From assembly GCA_001179505.1 (NCBI GenBank), contig CDMY01000630.1:1-46475 (forward strand): DNA of 46,475 nucleotides, given 5' to 3'. This stretch comes from Vitrella brassicaformis CCMP3155. Lineage: Eukaryota > Protista > Chromerida. This document shows, in pieces, positions 22,777-37,500 of this stretch. Position 1 is the first letter of the stretch, and each line of letters starts with the position of its first letter. Both the position numbers and the translations under genes were made by a program. The notes below the pieces were generated by a model. The model saw nothing but the letters and a program-made list of their open reading frames with translations, did no database searches and had not been told where the DNA came from.

Positions 22777-23823
22777 ATGTCTCTCACTCCATGCGTCAGC
22801 GTGACAACGCCAGCCGATGTGTATGCGCCCAAGAACTATCCTCAGGCGGCCACACTTGAGCGCCATGAGCAGCAAAGTATACACAGACACAGACACACAC
22901 ACACACCCCAACACACGAGCAGCCTTCGGCCTTTGGGATCGTTTCTTCGTGCAGAGCGTCACCGGATGGCTGCTTTGCTTAAGTGCGTCACCGATGCCAA
23001 CTCGCTGGCTCTGATGGAGGTCGCGATGGTCATCGAGATGTGTCAGTTGGAGGCTGAGGTGGACATGGATGCCGGCCTGTCATCGATACGCTGACAGCTG
23101 CACACACTCATGACGGTGAGCACAGGCGATGGGAGAGGCCATGTGATGACATCAATCCGTTTGCTGTGCAGTCACCGATTGAGGGCAGTATAGTGAACAG
23201 AGGCCAGGGAGTGTTTCTCACCAGGTGGATGGGAGGCAACAAGAAGTCGCTGCGGTCCCTTTACCGGTGAGAATGCACAATGCCAATTGGGGCAGCATGA
23301 TAAACTCATCACTCTTACTCTTCTGTATCTGTGGTGGTCATTCAGGGCCTCGCATGATGGGCCGTCGCATGCCAAGTTGCTTCGGTGTGTCGGCGACGCG
23401 AATGGCCTCGTCTTTGTGGTCAAGAAGGGCGAGCGTCTGTTCGGCGCCTTCATCAGTGCCGGAATCCAGCTGCCCGACGACCCGACAGGCGAGAACGAGT
23501 ACCGGTGCGATGTGTGGCATTTCTCACTGGCGGGCCACTTCGCGCAACCGACCAAATTTGGGGGTGTCCGGCAGCCAGTGGGGGTGGCCGGGCGGGAGGG
23601 GCTGACAGCGGAAGGGCTGGAGAAGCTGTGGAACTGCCCATGGCTGTATTTGGGATGTGAGGGTGGCGCTGCTGCTGATGATATGCGCAGCTGCTATCAG
23701 TTCATATACAGCGGTTGTGTGCCTGAGGGCTATGTGGGGCCGTGGAGTGAGTATGGCAATGCTGCGTTTGGGGGCAGGGCGACATTCATGGCTGACGACG
23801 TGGAAGTGCTAACTGTGGTGTGA
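22777..23823 (+). pseudogene. TLDc-domain protein, multi-exon, with a premature stop
   Basis: Splicing 23172-23266 to 23346-23823 gives SLYR-ASHDG..CVGDANGLVFVVKKGERLFGAFIS..WHFSL..MADDVEV, a TLDc pattern. The upstream exon has an in-frame TGA at 23092-23094 before a phase-0 GTGAGC donor. Confidence 0.8.
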
Positions 23824-25861
23824 GAGTGAGGGAGAGGTGAGATGTGTGTTGCTTTTGTCCAGTGTGCTGTGTGAGGCCTACCTTCATTCTGGGCCTCCGT
23901 ATTCGTTTTGTGCGTGGGGTGATTGGTGCCATGTGGTGTCCGCATACACAGCAGATAGATGAGGTGGTGGTCACTGCTGCCAGCCAGGCGGCCACTCTTT
24001 CTGACGAGACGGACGGACGCATGAAGGACCATGTCGTTTTTGACGGTGAGTGCTTTGGTGTCAATGGAGCGTCGTGCGTGTGTGTGACGATTGAACGATA
24101 CACTCTTTCTGCATGTCCCCTAGTCCCTCGATGCATCAATCAATCAACACTCAATCAACCTCACCGATCCATCCATCCATCCATCAACCGCATGGAATGG
24201 TTTTGCCCTTCCTGCCTTTCTCTACATGAGACAGCCATGTGATGAAGTGGGAGAAAGGGAAAGAAATCCACACATTGCAGGCAGCCAAAAGGGAACCCAC
24301 TGGCACATCCATTACAGGCGCGAGCACTCGCTGCACACGTCCGCTACATATGCATCGATCAATCTGAATGGCCTGTAGGCATGTGTCTGTGCTCGTATGT
24401 ATATGCGTCTGCGATTATCGATCGTACTGTCATGTATCATCAAAGCAGTCGTCTCGCTTCGTCCACCACAGGAGGAAGCATCACCATTCTTCATGTCTGC
24501 GCGTCACCACATATCACCACACACACAACGAACACGTCACATGACAAAGAAGTGATTGGTTCTGTCTGCCGGGCAGCTGTGTGATCATCCTGTCGCATCG
24601 CTGTGTGTCGCTACTGAGATGAAAAATGCTGCCAACAGCGAGGAAGGACTACAAAACACTAGTGACAGCCAGCAAGTACTAATAGAAACACCATGGCACC
24701 ACATTCAGCCATTGCTATCGAAAAACAGCACAAGTAGCAAACCGGACACGAGAGCCTCACTGTGACGCTCAGCAGCACGTGTGCATGCAGAGAAAAAAGC
24801 CACGGCATTTGAGCCACCTGCATGCAGGGAAGACAGAATCGGACGACAAACGCTCGGCAGCAGCATCCATGTATGTATGTATGTTTGTTTGTCACAGATA
24901 CACGCAAACACGTGCACACCGAACGAAAGAAAAAGGCTCGCTCTAGCACTTGTGTGCACGTATGTGTATGAAGTACACACGTGTGGCATCGTGCCCGTCT
25001 GATTGAACTCGACTCATGCAGAGAAAGAAGCAGGCCACACGCCGACAGAGAAAGAGAGAGAGAGGGGGAAACGCAATAAGACTTGAACACGATCTCTCAC
25101 GCACACACAAGAGAGACACATGCATGCATGGCAGATGAGGGGGAATCACGCTAAAAGTGCGGTGGATTAGCACTGTGAATGAGTGATTTCACATACACAC
25201 GCGTGTGAGCGTCGGTGCGCGGTATGCAGCACAGTGTCTGCCTGTTTTCTTGCCTCTATTTATGTCCTTTGTTCATGTGAATGCGTATTATCAACTGCCC
25301 CTTGGGCGTGGGTGTGTGTTTGTGATGCTTTATGCTTCATGAGTGCAGCATTCACACACACACACACACAGGTGTATGGGCAATCCGCACGTCAACCAGG
25401 TCTTCATGCAGATTGTGACGGTTACGCACACATGCAGCATTGAGTCAGCAAGCACTGCACACATGCATACGTGAATCGGATGACAACAACACAACACCGT
25501 GACAAACAACACAATTGTCGAAGTGGCCGTGTGGTCGTGACACACACACACATCCCCCCCACGCCACTCTCAACCAGTCATATAGGCAGTCATAGATGAG
25601 CCCCTGCATACGACTGCATAAGGTCGTTGCACATTGCAGCGATTCAGCGATTCTCAGCGATACATACTCTCACTGAGATGCACACGTTTCTGCAACCACA
25701 GCCTCATCAGAAGCTGCACTCAGCTAATGCCGCTTCGGTGTCGGGGTCGAAGTCAACGTGGCGAAGACGAGGCAAGATAAGAAGGAGAAGAAGACAAGGA
25801 GAGGAGAAAGGAGACGATGCATTAGAGAGAGATCAGCGATAGTGGTCTACGTGGTGAGATA

Positions 25862-26735
25862 GTGCCTTACGGTGGTGATCAGCGTAAATTTGGCTACGGG
25901 GACCAGCAGCCGGCGCAGGCCTTCGACCATCGGTATCACAGCCGCTCTTTCCCACCTCGCTTCCATCCCCGCTGGACTGGGGACGGTGAGTACGGGCGTC
26001 CGGCGTTCCAGCCCAACCGAAGCTACGACAGAGGACCTGGCATGAACGTCTGGATTCCACAGCGGCCTGGTGATCCTTATCTCTGCCCGAACGAGATTCG
26101 TGCGATCGTGGCCAAGCACGTGGAGGAGATGAAGGAGGCGGAGAAATGAGAGGCGTTCCAGCCATTCGAGGCCAAGCTGGACGTTCCAGCCATTCGAGGC
26201 CAAGCTGGACGGCCTCGCGCAGCTGATGGCCAAGGCCGTGCAGCCGCAGCCCTTCTCGGCTACTTCCGCAAGTGCGACAGCCGCAACGCCGACTGGTGCG
26301 GTTGGCAGGGAGGAGTTCGAGGCCCTGGTGGCGCAGCAGAGGGAGCTGATGGCGCAGCTGCACAGGGAGAGAGAGACCAACGCGCGAATCCTCAAGGGCA
26401 GGGCAAACGCTGACCCTCCCCCTTTTCCCAACGCACGCCCCACCGCCCCTCCCCGCATTCCTCTCCATTTGTTTGAAGACCCCCTGCCAGACTAGGACGG
26501 CGACCAGCCGATGGTGTCTCCTCGCGGCCGGCAGACCGCACGCAGGCATCCGCGGGGATCGCCGCACAGGTTCGCCGAGATGGATGCTGAGGACGATGGG
26601 GACGATCAGCTGATGCTGACCAAGATCAGGACAGTGGAGGAGGCTGTCAGGTGCCATGCACGCAGGCACGGACGCACTTACACATGTCTCCCACACACGC
26701 ACACACCCACGCCACACAGGACTCACCGACGGTAA
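25862..26735 (+). pseudogene. Intronless degraded ORF (Gly/Pro-rich N-terminus, coiled coil), unknown function
   Basis: ORFs 25862-26149, 26226-26495 and 26511-26735 link through single stops if one copy of the 28-nt tandem duplication (26154-26181/26182-26209) is removed. Confidence 0.55.
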
Positions 26736-27320
26736 GGCTGGAGACACAGGAAGGCCTAAATCCTATTCTGTTGACGGCGCATTAGATGAGGCAGGTCGAC
26801 CGATAGACAGAATGACACTCACCCATCTATCTAAGACTGCGACTTATGATCATCATCCTGTGCGTGCGTGCATGCGTGCGTGCATATTCTGCTTTGACTC
26901 CCAGCTCCCTGCTTCCCTACTTCCCTGCTGGCTGTCCGTCCGCACCGATCGGTCCCGCGTGCTGCGCTGTGCTGTCCGTTATGTGGTTGTGCACGCCCCC
27001 ATAGATCCACGACATACACACACACCACACACAATGCCCGAGATCCACTCATGCTATCGACCGACAGACCGCCCGTGACCCATTCATATATATATGCCAG
27101 ACACACAGACCCACAAACACACACACACAGACGAAAAGCCACACACAACTGAAAAATAGCGTTAGTTGCATGCATCATGAATGCATCACGGACCACACAC
27201 GACATGACACACGAGAAAAAAGGAGAGTCGCTGGCTGCGAGCGATCCTTCGGCTGATGCGTGAAGTTACTCGCCTGACGGACGCAAATACTGTTTGTCAG
27301 GCAATGTACCTGCCTGTCAG

Positions 27321-28661
27321 TCAGTCTCTGCTGTTGCGTTTGATCAGTTCATGCGTTTTTTCCACCTCCTGATCGACCAAAGAAGAGAGACATGCACGTA
27401 TATGTATCTGTATCTGTATCTGTGTATATATGTGTGTGTGTGTGTGTGTGTCCTTTGGTGTATGTGAGCACATTGCAAACGTTTTGGAAGAGGTGCGTAC
27501 GTACCTTCTCTAATGCTACCGTGCGCACACAACACATCCACACATCCACGCACACGCGGAGAGATGGACGTGTGTGCGTATGTATGTGTATATCTCTGTG
27601 TCTGTGTGTGGTCTGTTCGCAGGTGTGTATGCTCACCGTGCGCCCTTTCTCTAAGCATCCGATCGGTGGACTCCCTTATGAGGCTCTCTGCCTTGCTGGA
27701 GCGCCGCTGGCGAACCGCCAATGGCGACGGCGCCTTACCAAACACAGAGTACACACGCACTTTGTCACCCCTTGGTTTATTGTCAGCAGTCGTGCTGAGC
27801 ACTCCACCAACGCCCTCATCGGGCAGCGATCCTTCTGCCGACTCGTCGTCATTATCGATCGCGACATCGCTATGATGCTGCTCCTGATCCTGATGCTGGT
27901 AGTTGTTGTCAGGCGCGGTTGGGTGCACAATGACGCGTTTACTGTGGTAGTCTAGGCTGTCTTTTCGCTTTGGTGGTGTGGAGGGCTGATGCACCTCATC
28001 TGAGCTGGTGACGATCGTTATGGGATTGGCGAACTGCGCTTGTTGGTTTGGCGCGATCTTGGTGCTGGCCCGATACTTCTTGACGAACTGGGGATGCGTC
28101 GCTGGGTCGTTAAGCTTAGCTGCGACCGCGACGGGGAGCGCGCTTTTGTAGTCCACGTGCAGAGACGTGTAGCGCCTGAAGACACACACACACACACATA
28201 TACAGATAGATGGGCCCGCCTGCCTGCTTGCCTGCACCACAAACACGTGTCTACACATAAATGGATACACGCATACATACCAGGCGTAGTAAGAGAAGAG
28301 TGCCTGCACGCATCTCTCGGTCCGATATTTAAAGCATACATACTCTTTGAAGTCGCTGTAACTGACTGTGTCACCCTCGAAATCCATCTCTGAATCACAC
28401 ACACAATCGTCCGTCATGTATGCCACACACAGATACTTTGAAAACGACGTCTTATGTGTGATTGTGTGTGTATGTATGATGCCTGCCTTCCAGTTCAGCA
28501 ATGATGTCTCTCCTCGGTGGCCACCGATACGTCGCGCTGGCAATCGATTGAATTATCAGGTCGTAGCTGCACACACGCTCACACACATGCATATGCAATC
28601 TGTGCATGTACCGGAGGCCACGAATGAGATGTGTGGCAACGTACCTCTGCCCGTACACACA

Positions 28662-28692
<31 letters not shown>

Positions 28693-31530
28693 TGAGAGAG
28701 AGAGGGAGAGAGATGGAGGCATGTGAACATATTTGTGTGAGAGGGGGGAGGGCCCTACATCGACAATTATGTTGTTGACTTCGCATGCCATCTCTTCGAG
28801 TTGGTACTTGGCGGTCTCGTATTTCTGATGACCACGAAGAACGATAGTGGCTTAGTTATTTCGTACCAAAACATTCGTCACCTCGATAATAATGGCCACG
28901 AAGAAATTTAGGAGGATGAACACCACCACTAGTGCGAAGATGAGGAAATAGATGATGAGCGCCGAGTTGTTTGATGTGTGGGCGATCTCCTCTGGCCTGA
29001 CAACATAACAGTCGGTTGGCGACATATACACATATTCACGTAGCCACACACACACACACACACACACAGTGCTGACCTACCAGGAACCGACGAGCATCTG
29101 CATACATACATACATACAACATACATACGAGGCCGCGAAGCGAGATGCGAAGAATACAGGGAAACCACTTGTTGGCTCTGTCTCTCTGTCGTTGGACCAT
29201 GCAACCGACCTTGAATTGCGTCATCAGACTCTCCGAAATGGTGGAGAACATAAAGAAGGATGTCCCAAACTGGAAGTAGCCGATAAATGCTGCACGTGTC
29301 CATCCATGCAAGGAGACAACACACAATCAAAACTCGTTACCAGGCAGTATATCATATATGAACAGTGTTCGTTCGTTGGCTGCTTAGTTTATATGTTGGT
29401 GTTAGCTTGCCTAGAATCACGTAGAGCATCATGAACGTGAGGAGAAAGTGGAATAAATCATTCCCAGCCAGGATGCATGTTCGAACGAGGACGGCTACTC
29501 GTGGGTGAGCTGACCTGCATCAACGAGCGAACGAGTCAGAAGAAATACACACACACACAAAAGCAACGCAAAGGCGGAACGGCGCTAGCTTGATGCATGG
29601 TGTTGTGTGCTTGACCGTCTGTCTGTCTGTAAGGCACATACATACATACATACATACATACATGTAGAAGACAATCCTTGCGAAGTAGAGGTAGAAGACG
29701 AAAGCGACAATAGAATTGGAGATGTATAAGATTCGGATATGACGCGATATGTTTTGGAGAGCCCTGCATAAGCAGTGACACATACATACATACACGGAAG
29801 GATGGACGTATGATGCATGCGATGCGATGTGATGCGATGCGATATCGCATCGTGCATGCCGTCTGTCTCGATTCTTACTCGAAGAACATTGCGAATTTCT
29901 CCGAGGGCGGGATGGTTTCAGAGATCCAGTCGATCTGACAGAGACGCAAAGACACAAAGACACCGTGCAGTCCTTCAACATCCATGAGTGGACACACATA
30001 CAGTACGAATCACACACGCACTCACGCACCTCGAGAATACGCGTGAAATAGCGATTGAAATAGTCCTCTCCGGTGAAGGTGAATCGTCTCATGAACATGA
30101 AAGCAACAGCCGCTATGATAACGATGCCCAGGAAAAGGTCGACCAGACACCAAAATTTAGTCATGCCAATCCTGTTGGAGAACGTTTTGCTTCCCTTCCT
30201 TGTCCGAATAAACAACCTGCATTCGTTCATGCGCTCATGCATGCGCACACACGAATGGGTACATGCATGTACTCTTGTACAAACCTACCTATAGAAGGAA
30301 GCCGCCAATCTCGCAAGGACGAGGAAGCCGACGAGATAGATCAGGACTTGGAACAGAATGTCCTCAACATCCGCCATCTACGCATCTCATGTACATGCAC
30401 ATAAATATGTTGCCAGCCAGAGACACGTGGGTGCGGTGCGTCTTTACCGAATGAACGCTCTCGAGGGTGAAAGACGACTCAATCTGCTCCTGCTCCACTA
30501 CAAACACGATCGTCATGAGCGTCCCAATCCGCAATGTGGGCGTGTAGAAGGCCAAAATGATCTTCACTTCCCTGTCACATACACACATCCATGCAGACGG
30601 GCAATCAACCGATCAAACCACGTGTCATTCGTTGTTGCCAGCATTGATGACCGTGTTTGTATGTCGATCCAGTCACGAGTATAGCGAATGTCCCCCGCAC
30701 CCCTCTTGATGATCATCGAGTCGAAAACATGGAGGAAATCTGCAAACACGCTTTCCCCCTGGAACAAGGCCGGTCAGGGAAAGACGCATATGCAAGCGAA
30801 CGGAGACTCTTCCTTCATTCAGCCGTTTATATATATATATGCGCTGCACCCACCAGGAATTTCTGTGGCTTTACGCCGAAATGCTCGTCAGTCTCCGTTG
30901 CGCCGTAGTCCGTGCAAGCGTAGTTGGTGCTCTTGCCCTTGGCAATCGACGGGAAGTGGCAGTCGTATACTGTCGTGCAGCGCTTAGAGAATTGTCTTGA
31001 GAGGTAGTCCTCAAGCCGTCTCGAGAATGACAGCCCAGGGTCGCTGGAAAAGGGATACACGTAATTAACACATACAATATCATGATGTCAGTCAGGTACA
31101 TGCGTACATGCGTGCTCTCTCAATATTCATCCATACCACTTAGATGTCTTCACACGTGCTTGAGTGATTACGGCGGGCATGATGGACACCTGCATGTGTT
31201 CATGCATGAAATCGCACACACAATATGTTAATCCCGATATGTTCAGACCCGCCGTAGTATACGGTGTGTGTGCTGCGCTTTGGTTTTTCGTTCGTTCTTA
31301 CAGTGTGCTTTGGGTATTTGGATATTTCGGCTTTGACTTGTGCTTTGGGCGGCTGGCTGCCGGGCAAGGATGGCACGCTGTGTTCGAAGCCGGTATAATA
31401 ATCAAGCTGAGCTTCCTGGAGACTACATAATGAATGACCCAGGTACATACGGACAACCATTTATTATAAACATGCGCAGAGGTGACAGGCAGCCACAGAA
31501 GAATGAAGCCTGTTGCGTCTCGCATTTGCT
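27321..31530 (-). CDS. Polycystin (PKD2/TRPP-like) cation channel, multi-exon: TOP domain, S2-S6, cytoplasmic tail
   Basis: Exons give FQVLIYLVGFLVLARL (~30300-30360), KFWCLVDLFLGIVII (~30110-30170), SNSIVAFVFYLYFARIVF (~29665-29740), HPRVAVLVRTCILAGNDLFHFLLTFMMLYVILG (~29407-29510), pore FSTISESLMTQF (~29209-29289) and S6 IYFLIFALVVVFILLNFFVAIII (28882-28996). A plausible stop lies at 27321. Confidence 0.85.
28655..28712. repeat. Compound (AC)n(AG)n intronic microsatellite
   Basis: Direct reading. Similar (TG)n, (CA)n and (ACAT)n tracts occur at ~27430, ~29046 and ~29636. Confidence 0.9.
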
Positions 31531-34500
31531 TTGTGTAATGACATGCTGCGCTACGCCCACCTCAGGTCGCGGTCATAGAATTTGAAGTCGAATAACTCGC
31601 CCGCACTTCTCTGACCACAGAAAGACAGATTGGGTACATATACCTATCTTTGAGGCTTTCTTCTGTCTTACAAAAACTCCTTCTCGGCCTGCCACTAGAC
31701 CTCCAACTTCAATGGTTGCCTCCCTTATGAATGCTGCTGCGAGCTGCGATGGATCCCCTTGAAGAGATCGACGCCCGTCCCATAGGCTCTCTTTCATATT
31801 CTCGCGCAGATGGAAGAGTTTCGTCTCACCTTCCGCCTGACTGGAAAAAGTAACAGGGAGCAACCACGAACAAGAATTCATATCGTTTGTGAGCAATGTA
31901 CTTGTCTGCTTACGTCATTGGTGTGAGTGTTCGAAGACTTCGATTAGGGTTAAGCCAATCGCCAATGGCATACATAACCTCTTCAGTGGTGATCTTATGA
32001 AGGCACATGTCGAACGGTATGTAAAACTGCAATGGCACAAGAGATGTCAGAACGTGTGCATTGATCCAATGGCTTTTCCGCATATTTTCCAATGCGAACC
32101 CGGTAAGGGGTTGTAGAGCGGCCGTTGACATAGAAGGTGAGATATTGAAAATCAGTAATCGTCACACCAAAGTCTACAAACAACCAGACAGAAGGAGCAG
32201 ACATAACGTCCGGCTAATTGCCTGCTGAGTGCGTGACTGCGGATCTCTGACGGTGCCAGTCTGCGAAAACTGCGGTGGTACGCAGAGCCTCTGCGTCGGT
32301 AGTGAGAGAAAACACGTCCACCGGTACCTTTGAATGCAGACGCAGAGACATAGAACTCCACTCGCCTGCCAGACCGGCCGTCCAGTAAGCAAGTACGATT
32401 TTACCGGTACTTTGACCGTAAACCCACGCAAGTATCCGAGGCCAAGCATTTCCCTTGTTCGATGTATAGATGGATACACAGATAGGACATGTTGATGAGG
32501 GAGATACAGGAAGGAAGTTCATTTACGAGAGTGCATGCCATACCAATCGATCTCGGAGAATGCGTATTCACCGTACTCGACTCCCCATGGAACTTCGTTT
32601 TCGCTATCGGGCTCGAGAGGGCCAATACTCCAGCATGTCTTGTTGTCCTGGACGCACAAGATGAATGAACAGATCATATTCCGCACATTCATTCATTGGT
32701 CGCAGGACGCATGTGTGCATACGCGTATGAAGCGAATGACGTGATGGTCGGAAAAACCCCGGATCCAGGCTGATACGGCTTGAGAAACCGGCTGCCGTGT
32801 CAGGACGCGTACAACCCAATCAACAGTGATCTGAAGGGGAACAGACAGGCAGGCAGCATTGAGCAGAGCCGCTCGGTCGTGGTCTCCTTACGTTGAGTGT
32901 CGGGCCTTCCACCGGGGTTAGAACCGGGTCGTCGATCCTTCGTGTCTTCGTCGTATAGTCGCTTGCATTGCGGCCCAGCAGGGCGGCGCCCGGCTTCCTA
33001 AGAAGTTCCTGGTAATACGTGAACCAACGATCGGCCAGCTCTTGGCCGTTCTGCATCGTTTCGAGAGGGACTGTGTCTCCTGACACGCCTAGCATTTGCC
33101 GGATTGCAGCGAAGTCGAGCTCAGACAGCTCAGACGAGTCCACCTGCAGTGTTTCGTGACACACAGAAGGACAAAAGGACTACAAGCCTAGCGTATACAT
33201 TTGTGCAGGCGGCAAGTAGATGCCGCCTGACTGATTCACTCACCCACCGGTGCGAGAAAAGCTTTCATTTCCTCGTAATCCCAGTGACTATCATTATTGA
33301 AGTCGTACACTTCCCACGCAATGCTCATGAATTGCAGTGAGCACTGTGAACACGTGATGGGGCACTCGTCAACTGTCACGTTGTCGACGTAGAGACTGCA
33401 GCTTGCGTCATTGCTTCTATACCTGCATGCATAAGTGATTGATCGAGTGGTCAAATCGGTCCACAATGCTGTGTGCGTTGCTTGGCTGATTAGCTCCTGA
33501 CCACTGGCAGTCATCGAGCATGAAGTCGTGGTAGCTGGGGTTATCGTAGCAAGAATCCATGAGCGCAAGAAACCTGGCAGTGTCATTCTCGGTGAGGACC
33601 GTATCCTGCAGAGACCGAGGGCCAACAGGCGTCATCCTCCTGGCCGATGGTGCCGTGCTGTTCGCGTCCGCGTGTGTGGCGGCGAGCTCCCCAACGAGGT
33701 CGTTTCGCAGTGTCTTGATGCTTCTGAGAAAGGTTTGCTGCTTCTCCTTCAGTGACTGTGTGACGGTTTCCTCCAGCTCATCTAGCCTCTGCTCCTGCTC
33801 CGCGATGGTCTCAGCGGTCTCCGCAGTCGATGCGCCTCCTGCATTAACGAGGTCGTCCAACGGAGCCCCAACTGCACGCAGCAAAAGAAGGAGACACAAA
33901 ACACTTTCACTTCCGTGTTCGCTATGTCTCTCTGTGTGCCCCTACAGCTGATGATGTCTTTGATTTCGTTTTTCGTCAGCTCTCGCGGGAAATACCTCAC
34001 ATCAGCCAGCTGACCTGAAAACTGATCGTCGCCTGCACCGCACCGTACACATGCCATGAGCCCCCGCTCGATCGTTTATCCCTCTTGTTTGCGACAGTCA
34101 CCAACGTAGAAGCTTCCCTCGACACAATCAGTGAGCGTTTGATGGTAGACAGGCACGGTGAGCCGACCAGGACAGATTGTCTTTTGATGTGTTGGGTTAG
34201 GCAGGGACTCAATCAGCTCGCCGTCTACACAGTCAAGAGACATATCAGCAATGTCGATACGTGTGTGTCGTTTCTCGTCTTGGCACCGTAGTAGAACGAC
34301 GATGTGCTGTTGCGCACTATCTGAATCGATCGATTACATGCATGTCGACACAGACAGACAGACAGACAGAGCAGAGTGTGTGTATGTGTGTATGGATGCA
34401 CTGACGTATCTCATCTGTGGGGACATGTGCGTCGGTGGTGCATGGAAAGCCTGCCTACCACTGCGTATAAGTGCCACTCCCCATCGATGATAGTTGCGTT

Positions 34501-37500
34501 GTGTTTGTCAACAATATCTTCTTGCAGATACCGCGTTTCCGTCGCTCCAGGTCGCGCGGCGGCCGGTGTACGCAGCTCGGCCTCAGTCTCAGCCTCCGCC
34601 TGCATCTGCTTTCTCCTTTCGTCGAAATTGGGATCTCTTCCGCGTGGGCATGCGCCTTCGTCGATCCCACGCGAGAAGGCCGTGGTCCTCGCCGGCGCCC
34701 ATTCATCTTGCGGAATGTTTCGAGCTGCTTCCGTCACCTGTGTCGATCAGAAATACAGAGCGCACTTGCCTCAGATGTGTCGCGGTGTATACATCAATTG
34801 TATGTTTGCTGACGAATGTGCCGACGAGTCTGCCCTCATGTGAACCTGTGGCCAAGCCACATCGACCGACCGATGTTACACGGCAGTGAATCTACGCATG
34901 TGTGCGCACCGTATGTGACGCCGTCAACGCCAATTCGCCAGCACGTACTGCCCAGACCAGCTATGTTTCGATCCATTCGCTTCTCGATGATGTTGAAGCT
35001 GGGCGATGTCGTCTGGACGGACAAACCGATCGCAAACACAGGCACACACACACTCGCGATACATGTTTCCGTGTATATATAGAAGCTGACCTTGACCCAT
35101 GCAGTCACGGTGAAGGTCTCAAACAGCTGTATGTGCGTGCGTCCATGCAACCCAACAAACCATAAATAACAGGGGCACGAATCTCTTGGTGTGTGTCGTT
35201 TCGTCGTTTTGTGTGGCTGGCTCTCCTGTGTGGACTGACTTGCAGAGGGTAGTTTTGGAGATTACGAGCCGGCGGGAAGGAAGCGGATAAGGGCAGGGCG
35301 TTGAGCTGAGTGGTTGCGTCGTGGATGAAGAATTGCTTTGACGAGGGGATGTAGGTCTGCTCCGTCTTGGACAGATTGGCTATGAACCCCCATATCGAAT
35401 CCACCGTGCGCACGTCAGCTACATCCTGAAAAGGCGGACAGACAGACAGACAGACACGCAGGGGCACAGAAGCTGAGCCGCTCATCCAAGTGTCGTTGCA
35501 GCCTCTTTCACGCTTTCACGTTCGTACGTCGAGATGGAAAGAGTTTCTGAGCGATTTATGCACTCTGTAGACGTGATCCGTGCCGCTCTGTAGACACATG
35601 CTCGATCATCATAGAGACAGTCAGTCAAGCAGTGGGATGTTTTTTTATCTCTGCGCTCACCGAGATGTATACGGCGAACATGAACAGAAATACTACGAGT
35701 GAGAGAAACAAACATGCGCACTCTTGCTGGGCCATGTTCTCTTCCATCGTAAGCCTAGACAGAGACATTCACCCCACCATGCAACAGTATGTAAGCGTGG
35801 GTGTGTGTATGGACTCACTCACGCACCTTTGTATGAAGGCCTCTCTGCGCAGTGGGACACTGAGAAAGCCCTCTGCCGCCTTGTCGCCCAGGGCAATGGC
35901 CAAACTCTGCTTGATGCTGGATATGCCTTTCCGGCTCCCAGACTCATCCCCAGACCTCTTCGAACGCTGGCCCGCAGACCTTAATCGTTTGAAACACACA
36001 CATAAGCAACAAAGACGGTCACCATGCAAGCGAATCAATGCTGCCTGCATGTCCTGCGTGCGTGCGTGTGCTCTAGCGACATGCGTGCACGAGGCGTGCA
36101 TGGCTCCCTTACTTTTTGTCGAGTTCTTGTGTTCCCTGCCGGTCTGGCGAAAGAAATACCGCGTCCCTCCAACGATCGTGAGGCGGGATCTCTTGGAGTG
36201 GAGGAGAGGCGCTGTCGGATGTGGTGGACGCCATACTCTTCAAATGCCAACGAACTCTGCTCGCGCGGGAGAGAAGAACTGGGGGCCGGCCAGTCCCGAT
36301 GGCCCCAATGATGTTCGAAGGGAAGGCGGAATAGATTCACGGCCGGCGTGCTTAACGTTACGCTTGTTGAAATCCAGTCATCAATCAACGTAGTACGTGT
36401 GTCATCGCAGGCAGGCAGGCAGGCAGACAGGGGTCATACATACACACACACATACTGTCATCTCTACACCATGGCCGGCCACGTGTGTATCTCTCTACTC
36501 ATGTATATATGCATGTATCTGTACAGTGGCGATCCAGTGCAAGCCCTCGGAGCCCATCCCATTGGTGGCCGACATAGATGAGGTGCCAATCAGCGCCACC
36601 GACTTGGCGACGGTCCTGACTAGTAATACTGAAGGGAGCGGTTTCAGGGAATACCCTAGGCGGCCTGACGGCCAGGTCCCATGTTTGTCCAGCCCAACAT
36701 GCAACACGCACCCCAACATGCAACACGCACACGCAACACGCAGCACGCAAAGGGCAGAAGCAGCAAAAGGTGGATATGCAATGCGCTGCGAACGACGGCA
36801 ACATACGAGTAGGCACCCAACGTCGCACGCACGCCAACCCAGCGGGCGGCCGGAATTGGGCGGCGAGACGGCGGCGTGTGTGTTGCACCATGACTCCATA
36901 CGCACATACCGCCCATCCCCAGCCGGCCAGCCAGTGCAGATCGATCAGTCACACACAGATATGCCCTTGACACGGACAGATACGGGAAGATGAGGGTCTC
37001 CGAGAGTGGAGCGCACCGCCGCTCCAGTCTCCACGGCGGAGACTGGGGGGGCGGCAGGCGGCCGGCTCGCAGACACCCACATAGCATGCCCGTACACACA
37101 CCACCGCAGGGAAAACCGCAAGGACAAGACACACACAAGCCAGACGCAACCGGACGCCGTGCCGGCACACCCGCCCCACGCTACACGCCCTTATACGAAC
37201 ACCAATAGCCCAGCCCCAGACGCACACACCCACACGCACGCACACCCACACGCACACACATAATATACTGAGGATTATCATCTCGATATCGGCCCTCTGA
37301 CCACTGACCCTGAGAACTTCACCGTGCCGTGCAACAGCAGTGAGCTTTTGACTGAATGGACGTGTGAGCGGTTGTGAAGCATGTGAAAACCACAGATAAC
37401 AGATCTGATAGGAGGAATTTAAGGGTAAACACATAGCACCAAATGAGCTCGGGAGAAGGGACGTACCGTTGATACGACACAAATGCTCCCTTCGTCGGCA

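Noticed and set aside
23850-25600. Short ORFs in the CA/GT-rich tract
   Set aside because: Low-complexity translations with no domain motif and no consistent exon chain that I could support.
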